A stretch of 64,000 bases of DNA from Candidatus Paceibacter sp. (GTDB taxonomy: Bacteria; Patescibacteriota; Minisyncoccia; UBA6257; 02-FULL-45-10c): contig DYGE01000005.1 of the NCBI GenBank assembly GCA_020724845.1, forward strand, positions 6,116 to 70,115. Reading direction: 5' to 3'. Each line of letters begins with the position of its first letter. Positions within the stretch are counted from its first letter, which is position 1. Shown one piece after another: positions 31,025-40,362 of the stretch. The translations under genes were made by a program, and so were the position numbers. The notes under the pieces were generated by a model, which saw only the letters and a program-made list of their open reading frames with translations, made no database searches and was not told where the DNA came from.

Positions 31025-32164
31025 CTAATTTCTGATTCCTGATTCAATAATATCACGATAAACCACAACACTCCGCCTAACTTTTCTTTCCATTGTTTTG
31101 TAATCCACCTCAATTAGGCCAAACCTTGGCCCGAAGCCCTTGTCCCACTCAAAGTTATCTATCAGCGACCAATGGAGGTATCCCCGCACGTCCACGCCTT
31201 CATCTTTTGCCTTTTTCATCCATGCAACATGTTCCTTTATGAATTGGGCGCGTTTTTCATCTTTGGCGTCGGCAAGGCCGTTTTCGGTGATGTAAATCGG
31301 CTTGTTGTATTTTCTTAGGTCTTTTAGAACGCGGCATAACCCCTCCGGATAAATCTCCCAGCCGAGGTCAGAAACATTCCGGTTTTCATTTTGGTTAAAC
31401 TTGAATCCCTTGATTCGATTATGAAAATAGTAATTAAAGCCGACAAAATCTTGATAATTCCGTATCTTGTTCAAAAACCTCTTATTCCACCACCAGTCGG
31501 CGCCCCATTTCAACAAAAAATTCCACGGATTATAGCCGGCCGCTTCAAAGTAAGTGTTATTTTTCGCGACTCCGACTTGCGCGGAAGAGATATTGCTATG
31601 GATTATTTTGTAAGCCAGCTTATGAGCTTTGGCCAAATTGCGGATGGCTCCTAAATAGCCCAAAAAAGATCTTTTCTGCGGGGGCCACAAACCTCTCAAA
31701 TAGGCGTTCATCGCATAAATCATAGGCTCATTTATAGTCACCCAGTATTTTATTTCGGGAAAGCTTCTGGAAAGGACTTCTGAATATCTCTCAAAGTATT
31801 TTAAATTTTCTTTATTCTCAAAACCGCCAAGTTTGGAGAACCAGATCGGATTAGTAAAGTGCCAAAGAGTTACAAACGGCTCTAAGCCGTTTTCCCGAAG
31901 GGAAGCAAAGACTTTTTTATAATGCTCGATTTCCTTTATATCAAACTTCCCCTCCTCCGGCTCTACCCGCGCCCACTCAATGGAAAGGCGATGCGCATTA
32001 TGGCCAAGTTTTTTTGCTAAATCAAAATCTTCTTTGAACCGATTATGATGATCAGAAGCTTCGCCGGCGTCAAAGCCCGCGGCGGACCAATCATTTTTAA
32101 TTCCACCCTCAACTTGATAGGCGGAAGTGGCCGCGCCCCAAAAGAAATTATTATCGTTCTTCAT
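31025..32164 (-). CDS. Glycoside hydrolase family 1 (beta-glucosidase-like)
   Basis: FFWGAATSAYQVEG, TINEP, YITENG, WSLIDNFEW. Start set to ATG 32164. Confidence 0.95.
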   Translation of the reverse strand: MKNDNNFFWGAATSAYQVEGGIKNDWSAAGFDAGEASDHHNRFKEDFDLAKKLGHNAHRLSIEWARVEPEEGKFDIKEIEHYKKVFASLRENGLEPFVTLWHFTNPIWFSKLGGFENKENLKYFERYSEVLSRSFPEIKYWVTINEPMIYAMNAYLRGLWPPQKRSFLGYLGAIRNLAKAHKLAYKIIHSNISSAQVGVAKNNTYFEAAGYNPWNFLLKWGADWWWNKRFLNKIRNYQDFVGFNYYFHNRIKGFKFNQNENRNVSDLGWEIYPEGLCRVLKDLRKYNKPIYITENGLADAKDEKRAQFIKEHVAWMKKAKDEGVDVRGYLHWSLIDNFEWDKGFGPRFGLIEVDYKTMERKVRRSVVVYRDIIESGIRN

Positions 32165-32603
32165 CCAGATTTTTTCTTTCATCAACCTCCGCCGCCACAG
32201 AATCCAAAAAAGCGCCAACTTTAGCCCTGTCCATTCCTGATAAAATTCCTTTCATCTTATTAATCTGGCCTTCTATCTCCCCAATCTGTTTCTTATATGC
32301 CAAGGCTCTGTTCGGATCCGAATCTTTAATCTTCTCCAAGATGGCTGCTTTACTATCTCTCATTGCCAAAGCATGTTCAAGCAACCCCCTAAGGCGCGTT
32401 TCAAATTCTGCTTCCGGCAGATACGCCATGCCTTTATCTCGCGCTTTTTCGGCCGAGGGGTAAACTTCTTCTGGTGAAAGCTTGCCTTCCTTGGCGAGCT
32501 TTCTGCGCATAGCCAAAGCGGCAGCCATCTTTTCTTCCATATCCTTAAGCTCGCCCGAGGAAAGATTGTTCTCCTTATTCGGTTTCTCTTTTCCGAAAGC
32601 CAT
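32151..32603 (-). CDS. Hypothetical charged helical protein
   Basis: 150-aa ORF coupled to pheT (overlapping stop/start); starts MAFGKEKP. Confidence 0.7.
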   Translation of the reverse strand: MAFGKEKPNKENNLSSGELKDMEEKMAAALAMRRKLAKEGKLSPEEVYPSAEKARDKGMAYLPEAEFETRLRGLLEHALAMRDSKAAILEKIKDSDPNRALAYKKQIGEIEGQINKMKGILSGMDRAKVGAFLDSVAAEVDERKNLDEER

Positions 32604-34549
32604 TACCTTAGCTCAACGTTAAGCTTATCAATTAATGTTTTAGTTATGACTGACATTTCTTTATCAACCTCGGAATCTTTCAAAGTGCGGTCCTCCGCCT
32701 GAAAGACTATTCTGAAAGTTAAACTCTTCCTTCGCGCATCAGGCCGCGCGCCGCGCTCCAGAGTGGTATGCTTGGCTGGCGGCGCTTCGTAGTAATCCAG
32801 CAAATCAACATCTCTGACCAGTTTTAGGCTGGTTCGCTGAATCAAAGAAAGAATGTCCCCGACGCGCGCTTTTTGAGGGACAAAAAGAGAGATGTCTCGA
32901 ACAACCGCCGGATACTTGGGGATCGCCTTGAATTCTCTGTCTTCCAGCTCGGCTCCTAGCAATTCACCTAAATCCAATTCCAGAACCGAGGCGTCTTTTG
33001 GATCTTGGGAAATCGCCAATCGTCCGACTACCTTAGTTCCAATTTCAAAACGCAACCCGCCCCCTTCATCAGCGGCCCGGTAATCGGTGATGCCTAAATT
33101 GCCAAAAATCATATCGGCCAATCCCTTGAGTTCCAAGGGCGAATCTTTAGCGGCAATACCCACGCCGAGCATCAGCCGCTCATTCAAAGAACCATCCCGA
33201 ACGGAAAATACTTTTCCGATTTCAAAAATCCGCACGGCGTCAAAAAATCTTAGATTGTCCCGTAAATTTTTAAAGAGATTCGGCGCCAGACTGTCTCGCA
33301 AATGACTGAACTGGCCGCTAATCGGATTCAGGATTTCCTGGGCGCCTTCGCCAACTTCTTCCTTAGAAAGAAATGAATAATTATATACCTCGCTAATGCC
33401 GGCGCCAGTTAATAAAGAGCGAACCCTATCTTTTAGGGTGACCTGCTCCTCTTCTTGGGCGAAGCCCATCGAAACAGTAGGCGCTTGGGCGGTTAAATTA
33501 TCAAATCCGTAAATCCTGGCCACCTCCTCTGCTAAATCCTCAATATTATTTATATCCGATCGTAAAGCCGGCACTTCTACTCTGCTACCAACCTTCTTAA
33601 AGCCAAGTGACTGCAGAGTTTGAAAAACTTCTTTAGCGGCAAATTGGCGCCCGATCATACTGTCAATCTTTTTAATGTCCACTTTCAGTAATTTTCTCGG
33701 TTGTTTTTTTGGATAAACATCAGCTGTTTTATAAACTTTGGCGCCGGCGATTTCCCGCAGGAGCTGAAGCGCCCGCTTCATACCCAATTCCGATAATTCC
33801 GGGCTTAGCTGATGAGAAAACCTGACCGAAGAATCCGTAATCAGTCCCAATTTTCTGGAAGACTGATATATACTCACGCCGTCAAAATTAGCAGCTTCCA
33901 CCAAGATGTGCTTGGTGGAATTTTTAACCTCGCTAAACTTCCCGCCCTTAATGCCGGCAACGGCAAGCGCGGAATCAGAATCGGCAATGACTAAATTGTC
34001 AGGCATTAAGCTTATTTTTTGTTCATCAATAGTTTCAATCTTCTCCCCTTTTTTGGCCGGCCTGACAATAATGCCTCCATTAACTTTATCGGCATCAAAA
34101 GCATGCAACGGCTGACCGACTTCCAGCATCACGTAATTCATAATGTCCACTACGTTATTAATGGAACGCAAACCGCAGGATTCTAAGACCTCTTTCATCC
34201 AGACCGGAGACGGCCCGACTTTGATATTAGAAACATAGGTTGCCATATAACGACGGCACAACTTCTTATCCTTGATGTTCACTGTAAACATGCCGCGCTG
34301 CCTTACATCCGGCTTCAAAGCTTTAACTGTCGGGTCGGCTAATTTAGTGCTCATGACCGCCGACACCTCCCTGGCAATGCCAAGGTGGGACGCCGCGTCA
34401 CTGTATCGGTTGGGAGAAATGGAAATGTCTAAAATATCACCACCGACATCGTCCGTTTCAAAAATATAAAGATTCAGCTTTTCTAGAAGCTGTGATTTGG
34501 TGTACATGCCTGGGGCTAGTTTTTTTATGAGATTATATGAAAATTTCAT
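32603..34549 (-). CDS. pheT: Phenylalanyl-tRNA synthetase beta subunit (short form, apparently without the OB domain)
   Basis: ISPNRYSD, NNVVDIMNYVMLEVGQPLHAFD, DLAEEVARIYG, YPAVVRDIS, KSLTFRI. Confidence 0.95.
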   Translation of the reverse strand: MKFSYNLIKKLAPGMYTKSQLLEKLNLYIFETDDVGGDILDISISPNRYSDAASHLGIAREVSAVMSTKLADPTVKALKPDVRQRGMFTVNIKDKKLCRRYMATYVSNIKVGPSPVWMKEVLESCGLRSINNVVDIMNYVMLEVGQPLHAFDADKVNGGIIVRPAKKGEKIETIDEQKISLMPDNLVIADSDSALAVAGIKGGKFSEVKNSTKHILVEAANFDGVSIYQSSRKLGLITDSSVRFSHQLSPELSELGMKRALQLLREIAGAKVYKTADVYPKKQPRKLLKVDIKKIDSMIGRQFAAKEVFQTLQSLGFKKVGSRVEVPALRSDINNIEDLAEEVARIYGFDNLTAQAPTVSMGFAQEEEQVTLKDRVRSLLTGAGISEVYNYSFLSKEEVGEGAQEILNPISGQFSHLRDSLAPNLFKNLRDNLRFFDAVRIFEIGKVFSVRDGSLNERLMLGVGIAAKDSPLELKGLADMIFGNLGITDYRAADEGGGLRFEIGTKVVGRLAISQDPKDASVLELDLGELLGAELEDREFKAIPKYPAVVRDISLFVPQKARVGDILSLIQRTSLKLVRDVDLLDYYEAPPAKHTTLERGARPDARRKSLTFRIVFQAEDRTLKDSEVDKEMSVITKTLIDKLNVELR

Positions 34550-34551
34550 TT

Positions 34552-34632
34552 TTTAGATCGTAGGCAGTAGCCCGTAGTTCGTAGAAATCATATTTTTATT
34601 CTACGCCCTACGCTCTACGTACTACACGCTAT
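34552..34632. repeat. 7-nt-period GTAG/CTAC hairpin, copy 2
   Basis: cgtaggcagtagcccgtagttcgtag ... ctacgccctacgctctacgtactacacg between pheS and pheT. Confidence 0.85.
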
Positions 34633-34633
34633 T

Positions 34634-35713
34634 TCAGAATTGTTTAATAAACCTCAAATCTCCCGAATAAAATAAACGGATATCCGGAATATTATATTTA
34701 ATCATTGCAATTCGTTCCAGGCCTAGGCCGAAAGCGAAACCTTGCAAATCGCGGGGATTGTAGCCAGCCGCCTCAAAAACCCGCGGATGCACCATGCCCG
34801 CTCCCATAACCTCAAGCCAACCGGAATTCTTGCAGATATTACAGCCATTGCCGCCGCACTTCACGCACTGAATATCAACTTCCAACCCAGGCTCAACGAA
34901 AGGAAAATAACTCGGTCGGAGCCGAATGGAAAGTTTTCTTTTAAATAACCTCTGGAAAAATTCTCGAATGACGAACTTGAAATTCGCCAGATTCGCGTCT
35001 TTGCCGACCATGAGCCCCTCAACCTGATGGAAATTAGTTTCATGGGAAGCGTCAGTCGCCTCATAGCGGAATACTCTTCCAGGAACAATAATCTGAAACG
35101 GAGGCTTGTGCTGCTCCATATACCGCACTTGCACTGGACTCGTGTGAGTCCGAAGTAACAACCTTTCGCCGCCGCCTTGCCGTTTTGTTCTTTTGTTCTT
35201 TTGTTCTTTTGTTCTTCCGTCATTTTGGCGTAGCCAAAATGTATCCCACATATCCCGAGCCGGATGGTCTTTGGGTATGTTAAGAGCGTCAAAATTATAA
35301 TAATCGCTCTCCGCCTCCGGGCCTTCTACCACCGAGAAATTCAAAGATTTAAAAATTTCCCTTATCTCCTTTTCTACTGACGTCAGCGGATGCAGACTGC
35401 CGCGCTGAACCTTTCTGCCGGGCCTAGTTAAATCAATATCAGCTTGTAGCTTGTGGCTTGCAGCTTGCAGAGACTTCAACTTTTCGCTAAGGGCAGATTC
35501 TATTTCTTGGCGAAGAGCGTTAGCGAGCGGGCCAATCTTCTTTTTTTCAGCGATGCTAAAATCTTTTAAAGAACGCAAAATCTTGGTGAGTTCTCCTTCT
35601 TTCCTGCCTAGGAACTTAACCCTCAAAGATTCTAAAGAAGCGGCATCCGCCGCGGCTTTAATGCTCTTAAGCGCATCCTCTCTCAACCTTTTTATATCAA
35701 TATCCTTAGTCAT
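34634..35713 (-). CDS. pheS: Phenylalanyl-tRNA synthetase alpha subunit
   Basis: NFDALNIPKDHPARD, LLRTHTSPVQ, FHQVEG, YFPFVEP, GFAFGLGLER. Confidence 0.98.
   Translation of the reverse strand: MTKDIDIKRLREDALKSIKAAADAASLESLRVKFLGRKEGELTKILRSLKDFSIAEKKKIGPLANALRQEIESALSEKLKSLQAASHKLQADIDLTRPGRKVQRGSLHPLTSVEKEIREIFKSLNFSVVEGPEAESDYYNFDALNIPKDHPARDMWDTFWLRQNDGRTKEQKNKRTKRQGGGERLLLRTHTSPVQVRYMEQHKPPFQIIVPGRVFRYEATDASHETNFHQVEGLMVGKDANLANFKFVIREFFQRLFKRKLSIRLRPSYFPFVEPGLEVDIQCVKCGGNGCNICKNSGWLEVMGAGMVHPRVFEAAGYNPRDLQGFAFGLGLERIAMIKYNIPDIRLFYSGDLRFIKQF
35183..35214. repeat. Perfect (TTTTGTTC)x4 inside pheS
   Basis: Encodes RTKEQKNKRTK in the loop between DTFW and LLRTHTS. Confidence 0.9.
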
Positions 35714-35725
35714 AGTTTCCTATGT

Positions 35726-36322
35726 TTAAAATATACTTAAAACAATTTGATAATCCTTAACTTTATCTCCGGAAGTTATTTTAAATTTAATTTCGTAGTC
35801 GCCTCCCCTCTTCCAGCTGTGCGAAACTACTAGTTCTTTGCCGACGCCCAAATTGCCTTTATCTTTTTCTCCATCCCGCCAATCAATTTCATACGAAGCG
35901 CTTTGAAGTTCTCGGTTCTTAATTGAGAAATATGCCGGCGTATCGGCCGGAATGGCAAAGATCACCGGCGAAGCTTCCTCTGTTTTCGGCGGAACTCCAT
36001 GAATGTCCACCCCCAAGCTTTCTCCGAAATTTTCTAGCTTTGTATTTAATGAGTTCTTTAAAAATTCAAAGGTGCTCTCTTTCAGTTTATTCTCCAGTTT
36101 GGCGGCCGCCTCTTCTCCTTTCTGCGCCGCCGAGCCGATTATTTTCGGAATCACGGCTTTTATTCCGTCTACCGCCGCGCTTAATGACCCAGTAAGCGCC
36201 TCCCGCTCTTCATGGCGCATATCCGGGAAAGTATAGCTGGAAGTATTGTCTTTTGAAAAAAGATAGTACGAGGCCCCAGCTATCAAAAAAATCCAAAATA
36301 GAATACGGAATAGCTTTGCCAT
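35726..36322 (-). CDS. Hypothetical membrane-anchored protein with a C-terminal PKD/Ig-like domain
   Basis: N-terminal TM; YEIDWRDG...SHSWKRGGDYEIKF. Confidence 0.65.
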   Translation of the reverse strand: MAKLFRILFWIFLIAGASYYLFSKDNTSSYTFPDMRHEEREALTGSLSAAVDGIKAVIPKIIGSAAQKGEEAAAKLENKLKESTFEFLKNSLNTKLENFGESLGVDIHGVPPKTEEASPVIFAIPADTPAYFSIKNRELQSASYEIDWRDGEKDKGNLGVGKELVVSHSWKRGGDYEIKFKITSGDKVKDYQIVLSIF

Positions 36323-36362
36323 CTATAACTTATTATAAAAGATTTTTGCTTTCTTTTAAATG

Positions 36363-36434
36363 TGCCTGTGGGAGGGATCGAACCTCCGACCTCGGCCTTA
36401 TGAAGACCTCGCTCTACCACTGAGCTACACAGGC
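36363..36434 (-). tRNA. tRNA with CAT anticodon (elongator Met or Ile2)
   Basis: GCCTGTG acceptor stem, TAGCTCAGTGGTAGAGC D arm, TTCATAA loop, GGTTCGATCCC T arm; CCA not encoded. Confidence 0.93.
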
Positions 36435-36518
36435 ATAGGTATTTTCTTAATTTAAATTAAATTTTAAAATAATATGCCATTTTTTACAACTACTTATAGT
36501 TTATCACGGCGCCGAATT

Positions 36519-36554
36519 AAAAATCCCGCTCCGTTATTTAACGGAGCGGGATTT
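36519..36554 (-). terminator. Intrinsic terminator after the GLUG-repeat gene
   Basis: aaatcccgctccgtta/taacggagcgggattt long stem with a U-tract on the minus strand. Confidence 0.7.
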
Positions 36555-36565
36555 CGCGACAAACC

Positions 36566-39106
36566 TTATTTTTTGAAAGAGGAAATTGCGCCTCCTATCA
36601 ATAATAACAGTCCGCCTATCAGATAAGGCAAGTTGCCATTAACCGCGTACAGCAATCCCAAAAGGTTGTTTGACCTTATAAATTTATCCATGGTTTCTTT
36701 GGTGCAGCCAAACTTAACTTGACCCTTTTCCTTTCCGGGAGCTTCCTCTAAGATTTGTCCGCAAGTACAGCCCTTAGTTTCGGTCATCCTGTATTTGCTA
36801 TTTACCAATTCTTTTGTTTTCGGATCCCTAGTCTTGAAAAACTCCCCTCCCAACCAAGCATAATGGTTTTCTCTTGGCTCTTCATCCAAAACCGAATTCG
36901 GACACCTATCAAAGAATTTTTCTTTAGCGGAAAGATTCAGCGTCGCTCCTTCTACCTCAAAAGTCACGATATTATTGCTTAAGTTGGTTAAAACAACCTC
37001 TTCTTCCTCTCCTTGAAATTCAACATCTAAAGTTTGACCAGGTTCTAGACTCCCGCCTCCAATTGTCGCACCGGATTCGTCTAAGATCTCGACTTCTACC
37101 GACCCAGGATTATCAAATGGTACGCTCACCGGACTGCCTAAAGTAACGGTCTGGCCCGCGGCAAGATTTACTTTAGTGGCCTTTCCTTTCACAGTAGAGT
37201 TCGGATCTCTTACTTCAATTTTAGGAAATGCCTGTAAGGCGGTCACTGTTATGGAGCCACAGGTTATTATAGCTGATTCACCAGCAGAATCCAACGTGAC
37301 CTCCGCGTTATTTGAGCAACTGATTATGCTCACAGCCGAGGTTCCAGAGCCATTAACAGTTACTAGAACGCCATCGGGAGAAACCGCGTCTTCAACTATT
37401 ACATTCCAGCCGCCACGGTCGGCAATGGCGCCATAGGTAGTTCCGTCATTAAAGTCATTTGAAGCGAACAAGCTCTCATCCGCGCCGGAAGTTTTATTTT
37501 TATCCACACTGTTTGCTATGCCATCGTTATCCGCGTCAGAATCGCAAGCGTCGCCTAATCCGTCAGCATCCTGATCGGCTTGATCGGCATTAGAAATCAA
37601 TGGGCAGTTGTCAGAAGAATCGCCTAGTCCGTCTTCGTCAGAATCGCCAGCGACCCAATTGTGCTCTGCCGGAGTCACATCAACGTTACCAACAGCATCA
37701 GTCGCTCTTACCGAGAAAGAGTGCGGCCCTTCGGAAAGCCCGCTATATGATTGGGGGCTTGCGCAAGAAGAAAATGGACTCAAATCCAGAGAACATTCGA
37801 AGGTCGCTTCCTCATCCGCGGAAAATTCAAAAGTGGCATCTAAGCTTGCAGTAATAGCTGGAGGAGCGGAAGTTATGGTAGTTTCCGGGGCGATAGTGTC
37901 CGCTGGAGTTTCCCAAGAAAGGATGGGAAAGCCGGAACCGCCAGAATTCCAGGCAGCCCCCCAGCTTGCCATTGGTTGATTATTCCCATCATAGAAATAA
38001 CTTTCATTATTCGGAATGGCCGAGCACCCATCTAAAGAAAAGCCATGTCCGGCGCATGCTGCTGGATTGCCGGAGTGGTCATTCCAATAAGAATTGACTA
38101 TTTGTCCTCCACCATTCCAGCCAACGCCAGCCAACCCACCGGCATAGCTGCCTCCAGAAACATTTCCGGTGGCGAAAGAATTTATTATTTTAGAAGTGCC
38201 ATAATAATTATTCGCCTCACCGACTATGCCGCCTCCGGCATAAGCTCCGTTAACATTTCCAGTAGCGAAGGAATCCTCTATAGAGATTAAGCTTACGCCC
38301 ACCAATCCCCCAGCCCTTCCACCTGAAATATTCGCGCTTGAATAAGAATTGGCTATTGATCCGCCGGAGCCATATCCCACCAAGCCGCCTGCGTAAGCTC
38401 CGGAAACATCTCCGGAAGAATTAGAGCTCGATACGCTGCCGCCGCCGAGATAACCGGTTAACCCGCCAACGTATCCGCCAGCCCTAACATTTGTTGACGC
38501 ATAAGAGTTCGTTATTGTCCCGCTGTTTGTTCCAACCAATCCCCCGGCCATATATTGGCTTCCGCTGGTAGCGCCGCTAATGTTTCCAGTAACGTAAGAA
38601 TTGGTTATCGTACCGGCGTTATTTCCCACCAGGCCGCCGACTTCGGTATTGCCGGCAACCTGCGCGTTCTCTAGGCCGACATTTTTTATCTGGGCGCTGC
38701 CGGTAGTGTACCCAAATAATCCAAACCTTTTCCTCTCTCCAACATTGGTTTCCATTCTATAAATGTACAGATTAGTTATTTTATAACCCTGACCATCAAG
38801 AGTGCCGCTAAAGGGAGTGGCCCCCCTGCCAACCGGATCAAAACCGGTATTTCCAACCCATCTTTCAGGATTCCAATTCACTGTATCAGAGCAGTCTATA
38901 TCATTGACTAGAATATAATTAGCGCTTGGGTCATTTTTCATTTCCTGAAGCTCCAAGCAAGTGGAGATCTGGTAAGGATTCCCCGCGCTTCCATCTCCGC
39001 CCGCGAAAGCGCCGACAAAAGCTGGATTTAATAATAAAACCGCAATAGAAGCGGCTGCAAAAACATAAAAAACGACTCTTGAATTAAGCTGATAATTTTT
39101 AAACAT
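36566..39106 (-). CDS. Cell-surface protein: GLUG-repeat beta-helix, Ig-like domain, thrombospondin type-3-like Ca-binding repeats, Cys-rich module, C-terminal TM
   Basis: Signal peptide; GGDGSAGNPYQI; many GGLVG/GGLAG repeats; DTIAPETTI; DSDEDGLGDSSDNCP..NADQADQDADGLGDACD; GCTC..FGC; terminal TM plus KK. Confidence 0.85.
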   Translation of the reverse strand: MFKNYQLNSRVVFYVFAAASIAVLLLNPAFVGAFAGGDGSAGNPYQISTCLELQEMKNDPSANYILVNDIDCSDTVNWNPERWVGNTGFDPVGRGATPFSGTLDGQGYKITNLYIYRMETNVGERKRFGLFGYTTGSAQIKNVGLENAQVAGNTEVGGLVGNNAGTITNSYVTGNISGATSGSQYMAGGLVGTNSGTITNSYASTNVRAGGYVGGLTGYLGGGSVSSSNSSGDVSGAYAGGLVGYGSGGSIANSYSSANISGGRAGGLVGVSLISIEDSFATGNVNGAYAGGGIVGEANNYYGTSKIINSFATGNVSGGSYAGGLAGVGWNGGGQIVNSYWNDHSGNPAACAGHGFSLDGCSAIPNNESYFYDGNNQPMASWGAAWNSGGSGFPILSWETPADTIAPETTITSAPPAITASLDATFEFSADEEATFECSLDLSPFSSCASPQSYSGLSEGPHSFSVRATDAVGNVDVTPAEHNWVAGDSDEDGLGDSSDNCPLISNADQADQDADGLGDACDSDADNDGIANSVDKNKTSGADESLFASNDFNDGTTYGAIADRGGWNVIVEDAVSPDGVLVTVNGSGTSAVSIISCSNNAEVTLDSAGESAIITCGSITVTALQAFPKIEVRDPNSTVKGKATKVNLAAGQTVTLGSPVSVPFDNPGSVEVEILDESGATIGGGSLEPGQTLDVEFQGEEEEVVLTNLSNNIVTFEVEGATLNLSAKEKFFDRCPNSVLDEEPRENHYAWLGGEFFKTRDPKTKELVNSKYRMTETKGCTCGQILEEAPGKEKGQVKFGCTKETMDKFIRSNNLLGLLYAVNGNLPYLIGGLLLLIGGAISSFKK

Positions 39107-39270
39107 ATTTTTTATTTAATTATTAATAAATTTAAAGAAAGCGACTTGGAGTTTAATTCTAACATTTTGCTATAAAACTTAAAATGTAAAAGTGTGTATA
39201 AAGTAGGGCGCCTTTCCCAATCTAACCCTCCTCACAAATTAAAAAACGGCCAAAGCCGTTTTTTAATTTG

Positions 39271-39343
39271 TTGCGGGGGTTGGATTCGAACCAACGATCT
39301 TTTGGTTATGAGCCAAACGAGATAACCACTTCTCCACCCCGCG
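39271..39343 (-). tRNA. Initiator tRNA-fMet (CAT)
   Basis: 5' CGCGGGG with C1:A72 mismatch, CTCATAA loop, GGTTCGAATCC; CCA not encoded. Confidence 0.93.
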
Positions 39344-39367
39344 ATTATATTATATTGTAAATATAAT

Positions 39368-39814
39368 ATGAACGCAACCCAAACTAAGCTGCTGGGAATC
39401 GCCCGATCCCATCTGGGCGCTCCCTATGTGTATGGAGCCAAACCGGAAGAAATCCCTCAAAAAATGGATTGCTCATCTTTTACTCAATATATTTACAAGC
39501 AAATTGGCATAGATCTGGAAAGAAGCACCATCCTGCAGGCGGCCCATACGGGAGCAGAGATTAAACTTACAACTGACAACTTACAACTGACAACCGCACT
39601 AAGAACCGGCGACCTCTTGTTTTTCCGAGGAACTAGAGGGCATTACAACGATGAATTATTCCCCAACAGGGAAATTTATATAGGCCACGTTGCCATGTAC
39701 ACAGAAGACGAAAAGGCAATCCACGCGAGTTACCCGGAGGGAGTAATTGAACAATCACTCGCTGATATCATTAAAAAAAGAGGTCCGATTGTAATGGCGA
39801 AGAGAGTAATATGA
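39368..39814 (+). CDS. NlpC/P60 (C40) peptidoglycan endopeptidase
   Basis: LGAPYVYGA, DCSSF, GDLLFF, GHVAMY, IHAS. Confidence 0.92.
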   Translation: MNATQTKLLGIARSHLGAPYVYGAKPEEIPQKMDCSSFTQYIYKQIGIDLERSTILQAAHTGAEIKLTTDNLQLTTALRTGDLLFFRGTRGHYNDELFPNREIYIGHVAMYTEDEKAIHASYPEGVIEQSLADIIKKRGPIVMAKRVI

Positions 39815-40362
39815 AAATAAGCCACCTTGTTCCTGCTTATTCCCAAAGAATCCATATTAAAGACCGAAAATGGCAAAATCGGTCTTGCGGTATAGTTTCT
39901 CTGGCAATGGTTCTAAATAGTCTAGGAGGAAATACCACCCTCGGTAAACTGTTAAACATTGGACAAAATCTGAAGTTTACTTATAAGGATAAAAGTTATT
40001 CCGCTTATTCAAAAAAGGGCGGTTGGAATCATTGGGGACTAGTTCGGCTTGCGGAAAAACAGGGTTTTGAGGGGGTGGTGTACGATTGGAATGTTGACAA
40101 TGATGTGTGTAAAAAAATTTCTAAAGCGGAGGCTTTCAAAAAAACCATTCAACACCTGCGGAGATTTCCATTACTCGCCTCGGTGCATAACAGCTTTGAT
40201 AAGGCGCGAGGCGGACACCTCATCGTGCTTATCGGCGCCGATGGCGATAAGCTGCTCTTTAATGATCCTGACGCTAAGACCACAGGCGAAGTGAAAAAAG
40301 AAGTTGCGGTTAATAAGTTTCTTAATGGCTGGAAAAAGAGGATAATTATATTAAAAGCGTGA
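39811..40362 (+). CDS. C39-like papain-fold cysteine peptidase
   Basis: VPAYSQ, SCGIVSLAMVL, GGHLIVLIG, FNDP. Confidence 0.82.
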   Translation: MKISHLVPAYSQRIHIKDRKWQNRSCGIVSLAMVLNSLGGNTTLGKLLNIGQNLKFTYKDKSYSAYSKKGGWNHWGLVRLAEKQGFEGVVYDWNVDNDVCKKISKAEAFKKTIQHLRRFPLLASVHNSFDKARGGHLIVLIGADGDKLLFNDPDAKTTGEVKKEVAVNKFLNGWKKRIIILKA

